A stretch of DNA of 64,000 nucleotides, from the NCBI GenBank assembly GCA_047495785.1, contig JBLDXI010000020.1, forward strand, positions 2,852,001 through 2,916,000, given 5' to 3'. A program made the translations under genes and the position numbers. Positions 34,757-46,619 of the stretch are shown here, piece after piece (position 1 is the stretch's first letter; every line of letters starts with the position of its first letter). Under the pieces are notes generated by a model. It worked only from the letters and a program-made list of their open reading frames with translations. It was not told the DNA's origin and made no database searches. This DNA is from Lepidodermella squamata (Eukaryota; Animalia; Gastrotricha).

Positions 34757-37559
34757 TCACGAGTTTCTGCTATTTTGTTGCGAACAAGCCGCAATTTTGT
34801 ACACAATATTAGCCGTCGCGTTGATAGCCAACTCAAGCGTGTCGAATCGCCAGTTTTTACGCCGACATTTCGCCAAAAATCGCGCCGGGGTTGACAGAAA
34901 TTTTGGCCGTTTTACATAGCAAAAATCGTTAGTTTCATCCGCGTCAAAAGCCGGCGTTGCCTCGGCGGTGTTTTTTCGATAACCAGGCGGCTGGGCGTTG
35001 ATGACAATGAATTGATGCCCGGATAGCAGGTCGTACATCAGCACATCGGCCATAGTTCGCGAGTGGTCGATATCGCGAGACGCTGATCTATCGATTTCAA
35101 TCCAATCACGGCGGTGTTTGCGCAGCAGGTTAACAGCCGCGCTTTCAATAGTAGCCGACCACGCCGCCTCGTCACCGTCATGGTCGAAAATGAACAGCGG
35201 AAATCGCCGCTCATCCACGCTGGTATCTCGGCAGTAGTGCCGGTAGTCGGCTAGCGTTTGAAAATTGCCGATATAGGCAAGTTGCGATGACGTCTTCGCA
35301 TCGTTGAACACGCTAGCCAGCCAGGCGTGACGGAATTTGATGGCGTTGTCGCAGTGGAACACATTCGTATTTTCGTTTTGCGTCTCGAATTCGGCTATCA
35401 TTTTCTGCGAGAAGTACACCTGTTCGAAGCCGCGTGACGCTGCGTAGTTGAGGTAGCTGAGCAAGAAGCGGCAGAAAATTTCCGAGTGCACCGAGTCGTT
35501 GATGCCCTGCAAGAAGCCGGGCGCGCCGAAGTTGGAGACGAAAGCGCGGCGGCGATTTGCGAGCGGCAGTTCGTCGTCGAATTCTTGTACGAATAGTGCG
35601 AAGACGATGACGTCAACGTTGCCGAAGCGTTCGAATAGGAAGAAGGTTTTCGCGGAACATTCGACTCGAGGCGACGGTAGTTGGAACAGATTTTGGACAA
35701 AGGTACTAACCTATGAAGAAGAGAAGTATTGAGGTTAATGAGTTTCTTAAAAGGTCCAACAATAATTGCACCACTGAAATTGAGGCTTCAGCTCTAAATT
35801 TGCCTATTTTTCTGAGCTTTTGCCTTTCCTTTTTTGATTGATACCGATCTATCGTTTGGACAGGGTCCTAGGAAAGACTTGAAAAACCATATTTTGGGGA
35901 AATTTAGTGCTGGAACCCTAACCCCGGAACCCTGTAACCCCTTAAATTTAGAGTGTCACTATATTATAAGCTCAGTAAACTGGAAATCACCCTATCATCT
36001 GCGAATTTGTCATTGATTCGAGCTCGCCGACCGTTTCTGATAGTGAGCTATTCGCGTGCCCCGACATTTGAGCAAACGACAATTGAGCAAACAAGCTGTT
36101 CAGAAAATTTGTTTCCTTTGTGAATAAAAAGTTTTTCAAAAGAATTATTCTGGGCTACTCGGTATAACTGATTTGGGCAGACCGTCAAAACAGCAAATAC
36201 CTGAAACAGCAAAAGCGACAAAACAGCAAATTTTTCAACTTGCGACATAACAGCAGAAAAACGATGATGTAAAAAACGATGTTAGTAAGTTTTTGCTCTT
36301 TTGTCGCGAATTTGCTATTTTGTCGCATAGTCGTTCTGCGAAGTTGCTGTCATGTCGCTGGACCCTGATTTGCGGACGATAAAAATATTCATTTTGCTTA
36401 TGCGCCCTGCTCGTTTGTCGTTTGCTCAAATGTCGGCACACAACAATTTCTCACCATCAGAAACGGTCGTCGAGCTCGAATCAATGAAAAATCCACAGAT
36501 GATAGGGGTTGGGGAATCTTATCACGGGTCAAAAAAATCTCTCACACAATCCGAAATATCAGTGAATTTCGATAATTAAGGCCTGAATATTCATTTGACG
36601 GACTTACCTCGAACGCCTTTTTGGTGGACGATACCACGCGGACTGCTATATGAAACTTTTTTGAAAGCTTTCTTTCAGCGAGGTACGACTCGATTTGACT
36701 CTGAATCGCCTGGCTTGCATAGGTTTGAGGCAGAGCTGCGTAAGAAATAAAATATAATAATTATGACCTAATTTACCAAAGTTGAATAGAATGTACCTTT
36801 TGCGTTGAAGCGATGTTTCGATTTTTCGTTGCTATTGGACCCGCAGCAATCAGCCAGTTCGTGGTGCTCGTTCAACGTTTTGTGCAGACGATAAGCGGAA
36901 TGTGTCGGAAATAACTCGAGGCAAACATTGCACCGGTAATACTTGTGCGGCTCAACTGGAGGCCGGTCATCATTATTGCTATGACTCTGATGTTGGTGAT
37001 GTTGGCGACAATCAAACTGCGGCGATGGGGTGGGTGGCACCGAAGTCGACCGTTTCCATTGCTGGTTCCGGTTATCGTAAGAATCAGACCGTGACCGAGA
37101 TAACGGGTAATTATTATTCCTAATAACTTCTTCAATACTGTCCTCCAAGCTATCCTCGGCATCGAAAAATCGGTCGCCATTTTCGCTGTTGTCGTCAATG
37201 AAAGAAACCCGGTTCTTCTGGTACCGGTCGTCGCCACGTTGGTACCGGTGTTGATTCTGATCTTGGTACCGAGAGATGTTGTAGTCGCTGTGATGTTTAC
37301 TCCGTTCGATTGTCGCCTGCTTATTCTTGTAAGTCTCCCCGCCATTTCGGCTGTTGTGAAATTCTTCATGGTGGTCTTGCAGATCGGACAGGTGGACAAA
37401 GCACTGCGGGCATAAGGCGCATGAGATGAATTTTTTGCCACCTGGTTGGCGCAAATAGCTGCTACGCGTTATCGCCTCGGTCGCCTCGTCCTCGGACAAA
37501 TCGCACGAGTCGTACCAGCGCAGCTTTTTGCGCACCGCTTTTTTACCGGTTTTGTTCAT
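34757..37559 (-). CDS. C2H2 x2 - degenerate p300/CBP HAT fusion, gene 2; exons 37559-36797, 36735-36608, 35710-34757 (614 aa)
   Basis: Fingers CALC..HHEEFH and CNVC..HKTLNEH; middle exon LPQTYASQAIQSQIESYL..IAVRVVSS; last exon KTFFLFERF..FALFVQEF; phases 1 and 0 are consistent. Confidence 0.75.
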
Positions 37560-37669
37560 TAAAAAAAATTAGATCTATAGGAAATAATTGAGAACGATAC
37601 TCAAAATATAAGACTTTGCAAAAAAATCCTTATTTAATGAAAAAAATATTTAAGGGGGAATTTTTTTAA

Positions 37670-38142
37670 GGGTGTTGCTATTGGCACATAATTATGTGCC
37701 TCTTATTGGCTATTGGCACATACATTATGTGCCCCTTAACGGCTATTGGCACATAACGCTAATTTCAACTTTCGATGTTTTAGAAAGTCACGCATCGAAA
37801 TGTTCCACGGGTATTGATATTAGGGTTTTCGTCAACGGGGAATCGAATGGCGATATCGAAATTGCAGTCATGGGCCCGCAAATCGGGGTATCCGTCATCT
37901 AATGGGTAGCCCAAGTAGAGTATCTGAAGTCTATCGCACAGTTACGTGAAATCCGACGATTCCAGTGAATTCGCCGCCCCTAGATTGCTAATGCAAGGTT
38001 GAAATGCTGGTATCTGGGAATTAAACTCCCGAAGTAAGCAGTTAAATGAAAAATGTTATGTGCCAATAGCCATTAAGGGGCACATAATGTATGTGCCAAT
38101 AGCCAATAAGAGGCACATAATTATGTGCCAATAGCCACACCG
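37670..38142. mobile_element. Mutator-like MITE
   Basis: About 85-bp TIRs built from GCTATTGGCACATA units; 9-bp TSD TTTTTTTAA. Confidence 0.85.
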
Positions 38143-39909
38143 TTTTTTTAAAAGGTGAGTTGATGAAATAATTTCAAATATTCCGCCGAGTATTCTCAAA
38201 AATAATATTTGTATAGCCTGTTAGGCCACGCATCTTCCATGTGATGGGCGAATATTAATTTTTCGACAGGTAATAAAAAATTAGTCCTGAAGATGCCTCT
38301 CGAATCACACGTGGCCAGTAGCCGGCCGGAGCAATAAAAAATTACCTGCGCGCAAGACATAAACATAATACCTATCTCAACCGCACGTGTTACAAGACAA
38401 GGGTGCGCGTCCATAAAAAAAATCGCCCATTTTTATGTGTTCTTGTTTTTTATACACAAAAGTGCGCACACGCATCAACGCGCACACACACTTTGTTTTA
38501 TAGTCTGAAGAGTTATAAAATACAAAAGATGCTATACAGGTATAATAAAGCGCTACTCAATAATAGTACATATAAGCAGAGCTTCGACTTGGTTAATTTT
38601 TTACGAACATGCCTCATTTCACGTGGCATCATAATGGCTATAAATTCGGGGCCCTGAATGTCACTCAGAATTATATTTTTACGCCTCGTTTGCAGAACAC
38701 GCGTTTAAGGACAGCTATAATTACTGCTGCTTTTTTCAGCGTTGCGCCTGAAATTATATATTAGGTGGGCTTTATCACGTACCTATTCACCGCGCATACT
38801 TCACACCTCGTAATAAGCGATATTGACCTATAATGTCACGAGCCAATTCATGCGTGGAAAATACCGGAATCGTAATAAATTTGCACCCGTTTCCCAACAT
38901 TATTACAATGGAAACAGCAATAAAAAAAGATGGAATAATTAAGGTGGTAGGAAGGAACTGCTAAACGCTAAACTGCACTGATTTCCAGTATAGAGACATT
39001 AGACATGCTAAAAAAAAATGTTGAAAATTATAATTTTTTCTCGCAGCAGCGGGAATCATGAAGCAGCGGGTTTCCCGGTGGGATGTCTGCCGTTTTCGAC
39101 GATCGATTTATCACTAATAGTATTTCTTTCCATGTTTTTTTTCATTAAAATGATGAGCCGGTAAAATATTGGAAAAATCGGTTTTTATGCTGAATTGTCA
39201 TTAGCTGAAATGTCGCATAAAATCCAGAATTCCATTTGCAGCAATAAAAAATTAGAAAAATTCGAAGGTTTTAATTACATAATTTTTTTAACTTTCTGTC
39301 TTTTTTAAATATTGCTGAAAACGATTGTTCATATCCTGAACATTCCGAGTCGAAATGTCTTTCACCTACTCTGAGCGTTAAGTTTCGGATGTCAACTTGC
39401 ACGAATGCACGTGATGATGATGATAAAAGCAACAAATGAACTCGACCCATCATGCTGTAAAAAATCGATTTCTCCTGCTGCGATTCGCGTTGACTTATCT
39501 AAAGTACATCCGAGTAGACGGATTAGCTGAATTCAACACGTTTTTATCGTCGCGTTTCTTGATAACCGAAAATTCGCTGCTCAATATCAGCTTGTTAACT
39601 GCATTTGGAAAAAAACATCAACTTTTAATGGGAATAAATTCGACATCAAGTGTTCGACTCAATGCTACGGCGGTGCACGCGACAAACATTCACAGTAAGA
39701 AATTTTTTCCGCAATTTTCTTGAGACGATTTTTTGGGTAAAAATAGGGCATAATATTAGTCGAAATTCTTATAAGACACTAGCGAAGACAATTTTACGAC
39801 ACGAATAGGCTAAAAGCAATTTATTAAAATTTTATTTGCTTTTCAATGACCAATAATAACAATAGGGTGTTAATTTGTGAAATTCAAATGATGATTTTTG
39901 CTCGAATAG

Positions 39910-40964
39910 GTGGAACTCCTATGCACCCGATCCCGGCGTGTATACCGAAAAATGAGGGAAACATCTATTTGACGCAAATGATCGCTGTTTCGATCGTGGC
40001 TGCAATTTTTGTCACAACGGCCGCTGTTATTGTCGGATGGCGCGCGGTCACGTGCGTTCGCGAGGAGGACAAGCATCGACGGCGCAACTCGGTACCCCAG
40101 CCCCATGACGCCCATGAGGTGTTCGAAGCCCTGCTCGAGCAGCAACTCTACCGGCCTTTATCGCCCGTCGCTAGTATGGGCACTATGATGATGGGGTCGT
40201 CGCATGAAATGTCCCGACCTAGTTCGATGATGAAGTAAATTTCGCCATAATTTTTTTTAATTTCACTTATAAATTTTAATTTTATTTATTTTTAAATTTT
40301 CAGAATGAATTTTGGTTTAAAAATATAGATTTGAAAATTTCAAACTTTTTGAAAAAAAATTTGAAATTTTTTAAAATTTATAAAATTAATTTCATAATTT
40401 CAAAATTTCTCCTAGATCTAAATTTAAATATTCCGACTTTCAAATAATTTTTAAATTCATTTAAATTTGGATTCTAATTTTTCATTTTTTTCAAGCGCCC
40501 ATAATCAGGCGCCATCAGTGTCCTCGAAGCACACCTGTGGTGTTTATTACGGCGGCGGCAGGACGGCAGATGAGAGCGATGCAACAACAGTCGGCCGATC
40601 TCTAGGCGGCTATGAATCATTTGTAGTTCGCGACAGTAAACGTACCAGCCGCTTGGACACGAACGACGAGGACGTTGAGGAAGACGTCGAGTTCGGTGAC
40701 GACGACTGCGAATCGCCGTACGAACGCATCGAGCGTAATAACAATAATAATTATTCGCGGAATCGACGCCGCCGTCCGATGGGTGTTCGATCGCCGAAAA
40801 ATTCGGCGAGTCGTGAGATAATTGATGAAACTGCGAATAATGAAGGTGGCATTTCTGGCAAGGCTGGCGAGTCGAGTAATGAAGAAATGCCGCTGGGCGA
40901 TGGTGCTGATGTGAGGATTCGCCAGCCGAAAATTATATCTGGATACAAACCCGTGTATAACTGA
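39910..40964 (+). CDS. 3' exons (39910-40234, 40496-40964) of an unidentified single-pass membrane protein
   Basis: Hydrophobic MIAVSIVAAIFVTTAAVIVGW; phase-2 intron joins the two ORFs in frame; 5' exons not identified. Confidence 0.5.
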
Positions 40965-42596
40965 AAAATCTACAACAATTTGGACTGATTTGCGAATTAT
41001 TCAGTCTCTTTCAGGCTAAGGAAATAATTGCAGAAATATTTTACTTGAACGTTTTAAATTCGGAAATAATTCAAAATAAATGTGGAATATTCAGGAAATC
41101 AACTGTTAATCATTTTTGAATATACATTCTTTTTCTGAAGCTGAATTTCGATTTGGGACCTTGTATCTCCTGATGAAAGATCAGCTCAGGACAATAAATT
41201 TGGACTAATGGAATAGCTTTCGACGGTATACAAATACAGTGGCCTAAAACGTTTTTCCTTGAAAAACAGAAATTGAAAAACAGAGATGGTGCTCACATCA
41301 TAATTAAAATTAAAATTAACTTGGACTTGTCAAATTTGCCTCGAAAACATGAAACTAGGGTTGGAAAGCTCAGGAAACCTAAAAGGTCCTGAACCTTAGA
41401 TCCAACTTAATGAAAATAGGGAAAGACTCCTGATTTTGCCAGCAAATTTGACAATTCCAAGTTATGATAGGATTTATAGGCTTTATAGGTGAGATATGAT
41501 TCTTTATCAGTTTTAAATGCTGAAAATGATGTTAAAAAGAAATTCGAATAAGTATTACGTAACCGGAAAGCCGCGGAAGTATGAATATAAAAAACGCCTA
41601 CTTATTGTCCAAACACGTCTCAATTTGCATAAAATCAGGTAAAAATATATAAATTCTCTAAATTTACAGTGAATTCAAGTCTTAGCTTTTCCAACTTTGG
41701 TAAAAATTTCTGAAATTTAGAAGCAAAGGCTGATTTTTTTCATGACTGAAAAAAGCGTTTTCTCCATAGGTACCCCTCGTTAAAGTATCAATAGAGCAGA
41801 CTTTGAAGTTATTAGTTACGGCAGATGGACTATAGGAGGTCGCTTTCAAACCGGCCGAAGCCCTACCCTACGCTATTCTAAAACGCAGCTGAACTCGGGA
41901 ATTGGCCAGATAATATCTATGTAGCATTGTTTTCATAAAATCAAGCAAAGAGAGGAAAACAAGTCTTGAAAGAAGAAGATTACTGAAAAAGATGCTGCTT
42001 CGGTTCCATAAGCGTAAAGCTGCCATCAGATGGCGCTAAGCCATGACCCGACCCACGGCTTTTCTTCGCAAAGCAGACATCTAAAATAAGACAGATTTGC
42101 TGCCAACAGGATGCGAGAATCTGATTAACTCACGACGTCGAGATGAGACAATCAAGTGGGTAGAAAAATGAGGCCGAAAAAATGAGTTCAATCTATTTTT
42201 CATCGCCCGAGTAGCGCCAAGACCACTGTCCTAAAAGAGTTAGTCAACGATAAGGAGCGACAGAAAAAGGCGGGAAGTGGATTAGCCTAGTCATGGCCGC
42301 GCGATGTGGATGAGCTGCCCAGGGCCAGATAAAAAACTTGTAAATTTCATCTTCATGCGCCAATAAAAATGCTCTTCACTAAAAAGAGACTTCCTTCATC
42401 GATATATAACAATCGCTTCCCGCATTTTCTGGCTGGGATAGCGCCAGATGTTGCGCCTTTTAACAATAAAAATGTTTGACGAGCTTCAATTTGTCCCTGG
42501 TCGCTTTCGGATGGCGGTTACATCTCAACCCAGGGCCATTTGAAGGTCGGGACCTTCATTTTCCGGAGGCCGTCTCGAGATCGCGGCTACGTGAGA

Positions 42597-42606
42597 CTAT
42601 ATAAAC
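42597..42606 (+). promoter_or_regulatory. TATA box of the cdc25-like gene
   Basis: CTATATAAAC about 100 bp upstream of ATG 42701. Confidence 0.5.
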
Positions 42607-42700
42607 CGCAGCGAGATGGCAGATGAATCGTATCATTGCATTCAAGCATTTCAATTAAATAACAAGCTTTTGCTTATTCACCTTATCTTCACCCGCAAAT

Positions 42701-43811
42701 ATGGCTACTCAAACTCAACAAGAAGTTTGCGCCATGCTTCAATCTGTTTCGAACGCGGCACTGCACGGTTCGATGGCGAATCTTTCGCTTGAAAACTCGA
42801 CCTCGCAAGACCAGTTCGAAGAGCCTAAACACCAGGTGAGAATAATTTCTTTAAAAAAAATCATCAACTAATGTTGGGAATTTATTGATTAATTTTGGAA
42901 AAATATAATAAAAATTATTTCATAATTATAAATTTTGTTCGAATCATAAAATTCAATAAAAAGTCAACCTGTGCTCAAAAATTAGAATATTTAAACCACA
43001 GGCGGGCAAGGTTATTCTTGATTTTCCTGCAAATTTTGAGAATTTTGAGAATTTTTCCATTTTTATCTAAATTTTGGCAATTTAAAATGTGTTTGGCTAA
43101 TTTTGGATAATTATTCGATTGTATTAAATTTTCTCTTTCTCTCAGACTTTACTTCCGAGCTCGCCCGAGAAAAGCCTAGTCGCCATCAAGCCGCAAGTTC
43201 TCGCCGATCTGATGGATGGCAAGTTCGCAGGCTGCGTCGAAACTTTCGAAATTGCCGACTGCCGCTACCCTTACGAGTACGAGGGTGGCCACATTCGCAA
43301 TGCCGTCAACACACCGCTAATGTCCCAGGTCGAAACCGTTTTTCCGATCACCGGCCAGCCAGGCAACAACCAGCGCCGCGTTATCATCTTTCACTGCGAG
43401 TTCAGCAGCCAGCGCGGCCCGGCGATGCTGCGCCGGTTTCGCAAGGCCGATCGCGACCGCAACAAGGCCAACTACCCGCGGCTCGACTACCCGGAGGTGT
43501 ACCTGCTCGAGGGTGGCTACAAGGCGTTCATCGAGTTCTGCGAAGCCAACGGCCGTTTCGACTTGCTGTCATCGACGCAACAGCTCGAATCGCGCCGCAG
43601 CTATTACGTAACCATGCGTGACGCTGCTTTTCACGCTCAAGAGCGAAACTGGCGCCGGGCTGTTGATAACGACCGAGCTTCTACGTCGTCGTCGTCATCC
43701 TGTTCGAGCAGTAATGTCGATGCGACTCCGCCGAGCAAGCGCCCCGCCGGCAAACTCGGTCTTCGAAGCCTGTTGCCGAAACGTCGTCTCGACCTTGAAA
43801 TCGAGGCGTAA
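42701..43811 (+). CDS. cdc25: Cdc25/string-like M-phase inducer phosphatase; exons 42701-42835 and 43146-43811 (266 aa)
   Basis: DCRYPYEYEGGHI, IFHCEFSSQRGP (HCX5R), DR..N.YP.L.YPEVYLLEGGY; phase-0 intron. Confidence 0.9.
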
Positions 43812-43950
43812 TGAATAACTCTTGTAAAGTTCATCGCTATTTTAATCCCTCATTTGTGATTACGCTTTTTTACCTGTTTTTCTCTTATGATTTTCACATT
43901 TTATCTCACGGAAGTAAAATTACATTTTGATTGAAACGGCAATTTTTGTG

Positions 43951-45906
43951 CGGATCTACGTCATTTCAGTAGAGAAATTTCAGAAATCGACATTTCAGAA
44001 CGTACATTTCAGAACGCGACATTTCAGAAAATTAAAATAATTATTATTTTAGCGACATTTCAGTGTTGATCAACGGCGAGCCACTTGTACTTGCATGTAG
44101 GGACCTTGAATCGGAAATGGCAGACTGTCTCGCTAGAATCGGAATTGACTTAACAGAAACTGATTTGAATGAAGGCTCGGATGGTGACTCGGAAGGAAAT
44201 TACACAGAAGACACTGAAAGGATTCTACCGCCCAATGTAAAAATGATTCGAAACGGCCTACGAATGAAGGAATTCCAATCATGGTGTAACCTTGATCAAA
44301 AAGGAAGAGGAGTTTCACAGTTTAAATGCGTACCGAAAACAAACAACTGGGTACTGCGAAGAAATGGACTTAGTGTTGCGGAATGGACGATGGCTTTGAA
44401 AATGTCGACTAACACGGCTCCAGTTAGAGGTGTACCGGGTGTCAGCCAGGACGGACGCCAGTGCCGCCGATGCGGCGCTGAGATTGAATCCCTAGCACAC
44501 GTTCTGGGCGCCTGCCCCTTTAACTCGCTGCTGATAACGTCGAGGCACAACAAAATCCGCCAGAAGATTGCTTTGGAACTACGACGCCAAGGATACAACG
44601 TCACTGAAGAGGGACACTGTATAGCCGAAAACGGATCCTCTCGGCGTTTTGATATATTGGCATTTCGAAGAGGAAGCAGACATGGAGCAATCATCGACCC
44701 CACAATTAGATTTGAATCATCAGAAGGTCAATTCGGAGATGTCGACATTGAGAAGCGTTCGATCTACGAGCCGTGTAGCAAGTTCATCTGCGAAGCCTTT
44801 GATTTGGACTCGATAGAAGTACACGGCCTTTATATCGGCACACGGGGCTCGCTAACCAAAGAAGCGATCCAATTACTTCAAGAATACGGAATCAGCAGCA
44901 GTACAGCTGTTGATATGGCCCATCAAATCCTTAAGGATAGCTTTAGGATCCTGAATAATCATCTTTACTCAAATAGCCAACCTACTCAAAGACGCTAACT
45001 AATCAATCAATCAAGCAATTAATTCATCAATTAATCTCATCAAATTATAAACTTAATAATTTATAATCCTGTGTCTCAAAGGCAATGTTATAGTTTGTAT
45101 ATAACACAGTATACCAATAAAAGGTTTTCTCCCCCCTCGCGTCATTTCAGAATCGTACAACTCAGAAAAATGAATTTTGATATTATTTTAATTAACTCCG
45201 AAAACTCCGAAAACTCCGAATATTATTTTAATCAATATTATTCCAATAGCCTGGACAAAGGTCCCATAGGTCCCATAGGTCCTATATAGGTCTCATCCGC
45301 CACTAGATGATCAGGATGACCTCTGACCCGTTCCATTTTGTTTCGCGAGCCAAATAAAATTATCCATCTGGTCGTCGCCCGTGCCACTGCCATGTTACTC
45401 GTCATCCTTGTCCTGGTCAAGAGGCGGAAGATCATCATCGTCGAAATCCCCTGCCGCAACCACAAGTAAATGATTGTAGCCCTCGTTGCTACGCTACTAG
45501 CCCGACTGCCCTTGGCGACGACCGACATTCTGGCTTTCCTAGGTCAATAACGAAATCGGCCAGCGGCCTGGTAAAAGGTGGACACGGAGTTACGAGAAGG
45601 TGATGAAGCTCCATTCGAGCTGGTCCGAGTCAGACCACAGCCTACTGCATATAGAAACTCGAATTAAATTATTCTGAGTTTTCTGAGTTTATTGTAATAA
45701 ATTTCTGAGTTAATAATATTAATTTTCTGAGTTTTCTGAGTTAAATATTCTGATTTTTCGGAGTTATCAGATTAATTATTAAAAATATATTCTGAGTTTT
45801 TCATTCTGAAATGACGCTCAGAAAAATCATTCATTAATTTTCTGAAGTGTCGTGTTCTGAATTGTCGCGACATTTCAGATCGAAATTTCTGAAATGTCGT
45901 TACACG
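43951..45906. mobile_element. Foldback-type non-autonomous DNA element with repetitive inverted arms
   Basis: CGACATTTCAGAA / AACTC(C/A)GAA repeats on the left are mirrored by TTCTGAGTT / TTCTGAAATGTCG on the right; no TSD found. Confidence 0.55.
44064..45131 (+). mobile_element. Second, shorter 5'-truncated copy of the RLE retrotransposon at 3675-5541
   Basis: Near-identical protein (about 4 substitutions) and 3'UTR. Confidence 0.9.
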
Positions 45907-46619
45907 TTTTTATTACTGTGAAAAGCAACATATTGAGAAAAATACCCAAAGCATCCCGACCGCATGAGACTCAAATTTGACCGTTAACAATTGAAAAGTA
46001 GGGTTAGGCGTATTTTCTATATTTTCCAGCAAATGGCGAAAATTGGGTTGACTTGAAGAGGGACGATTCTTGGATTCCTAGATTTTCTCACTCAGTTTTT
46101 CTCAACGATTTTGAATTCGCATGAACCTCGACATGAACCTTGCATGTCAACGAGGTTGGGATCATCCTAGAACCTAGAGGTCTGGACAACTTGGAAACTC
46201 GCAAAATCTCACCTTTCACTTTTCGGATAAGTTTAACTATAAGTTAATATGCGTAAAATCATCACTACGCTAACCTTTCAATATTAATTATATCAATTAT
46301 CATCATTTCGTTAGCGTCGTTAAATAAGAATCTCGGAGTTGAAATTGTTTACGACAATTTTGAGGTAAAAACATGACCTCAAGTGAAAAGTGAAAAGTAG
46401 CTTATTTTTGGGTCTTCATTCATAAAAAGCAACGCCACTTTTTTACTTGCCATTCATCAGCTTGAAACTGAAGCAAATAAGGTTGAATCCGAGTTATTCA
46501 AAGACACTAACACGATAGCAATATCTTGATTCAATTATTACAATGTTGCCTCCATCATCACCTATTTACGTTACTCTTTACGCTAAATTGCAACTGCACA
46601 TTCGCCGCTTTTTTAGGGC

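Noticed and set aside
31739-35710. Calling these loci canonical CBP/p300 (nejire)
   Set aside because: No bromo, TAZ, KIX or ZZ domains; stops follow the HAT region directly; catalytic motifs are replaced
43103-43621. 172-aa Arg-rich ORF
   Set aside because: Alternative frame of the GC-rich cdc25 exon
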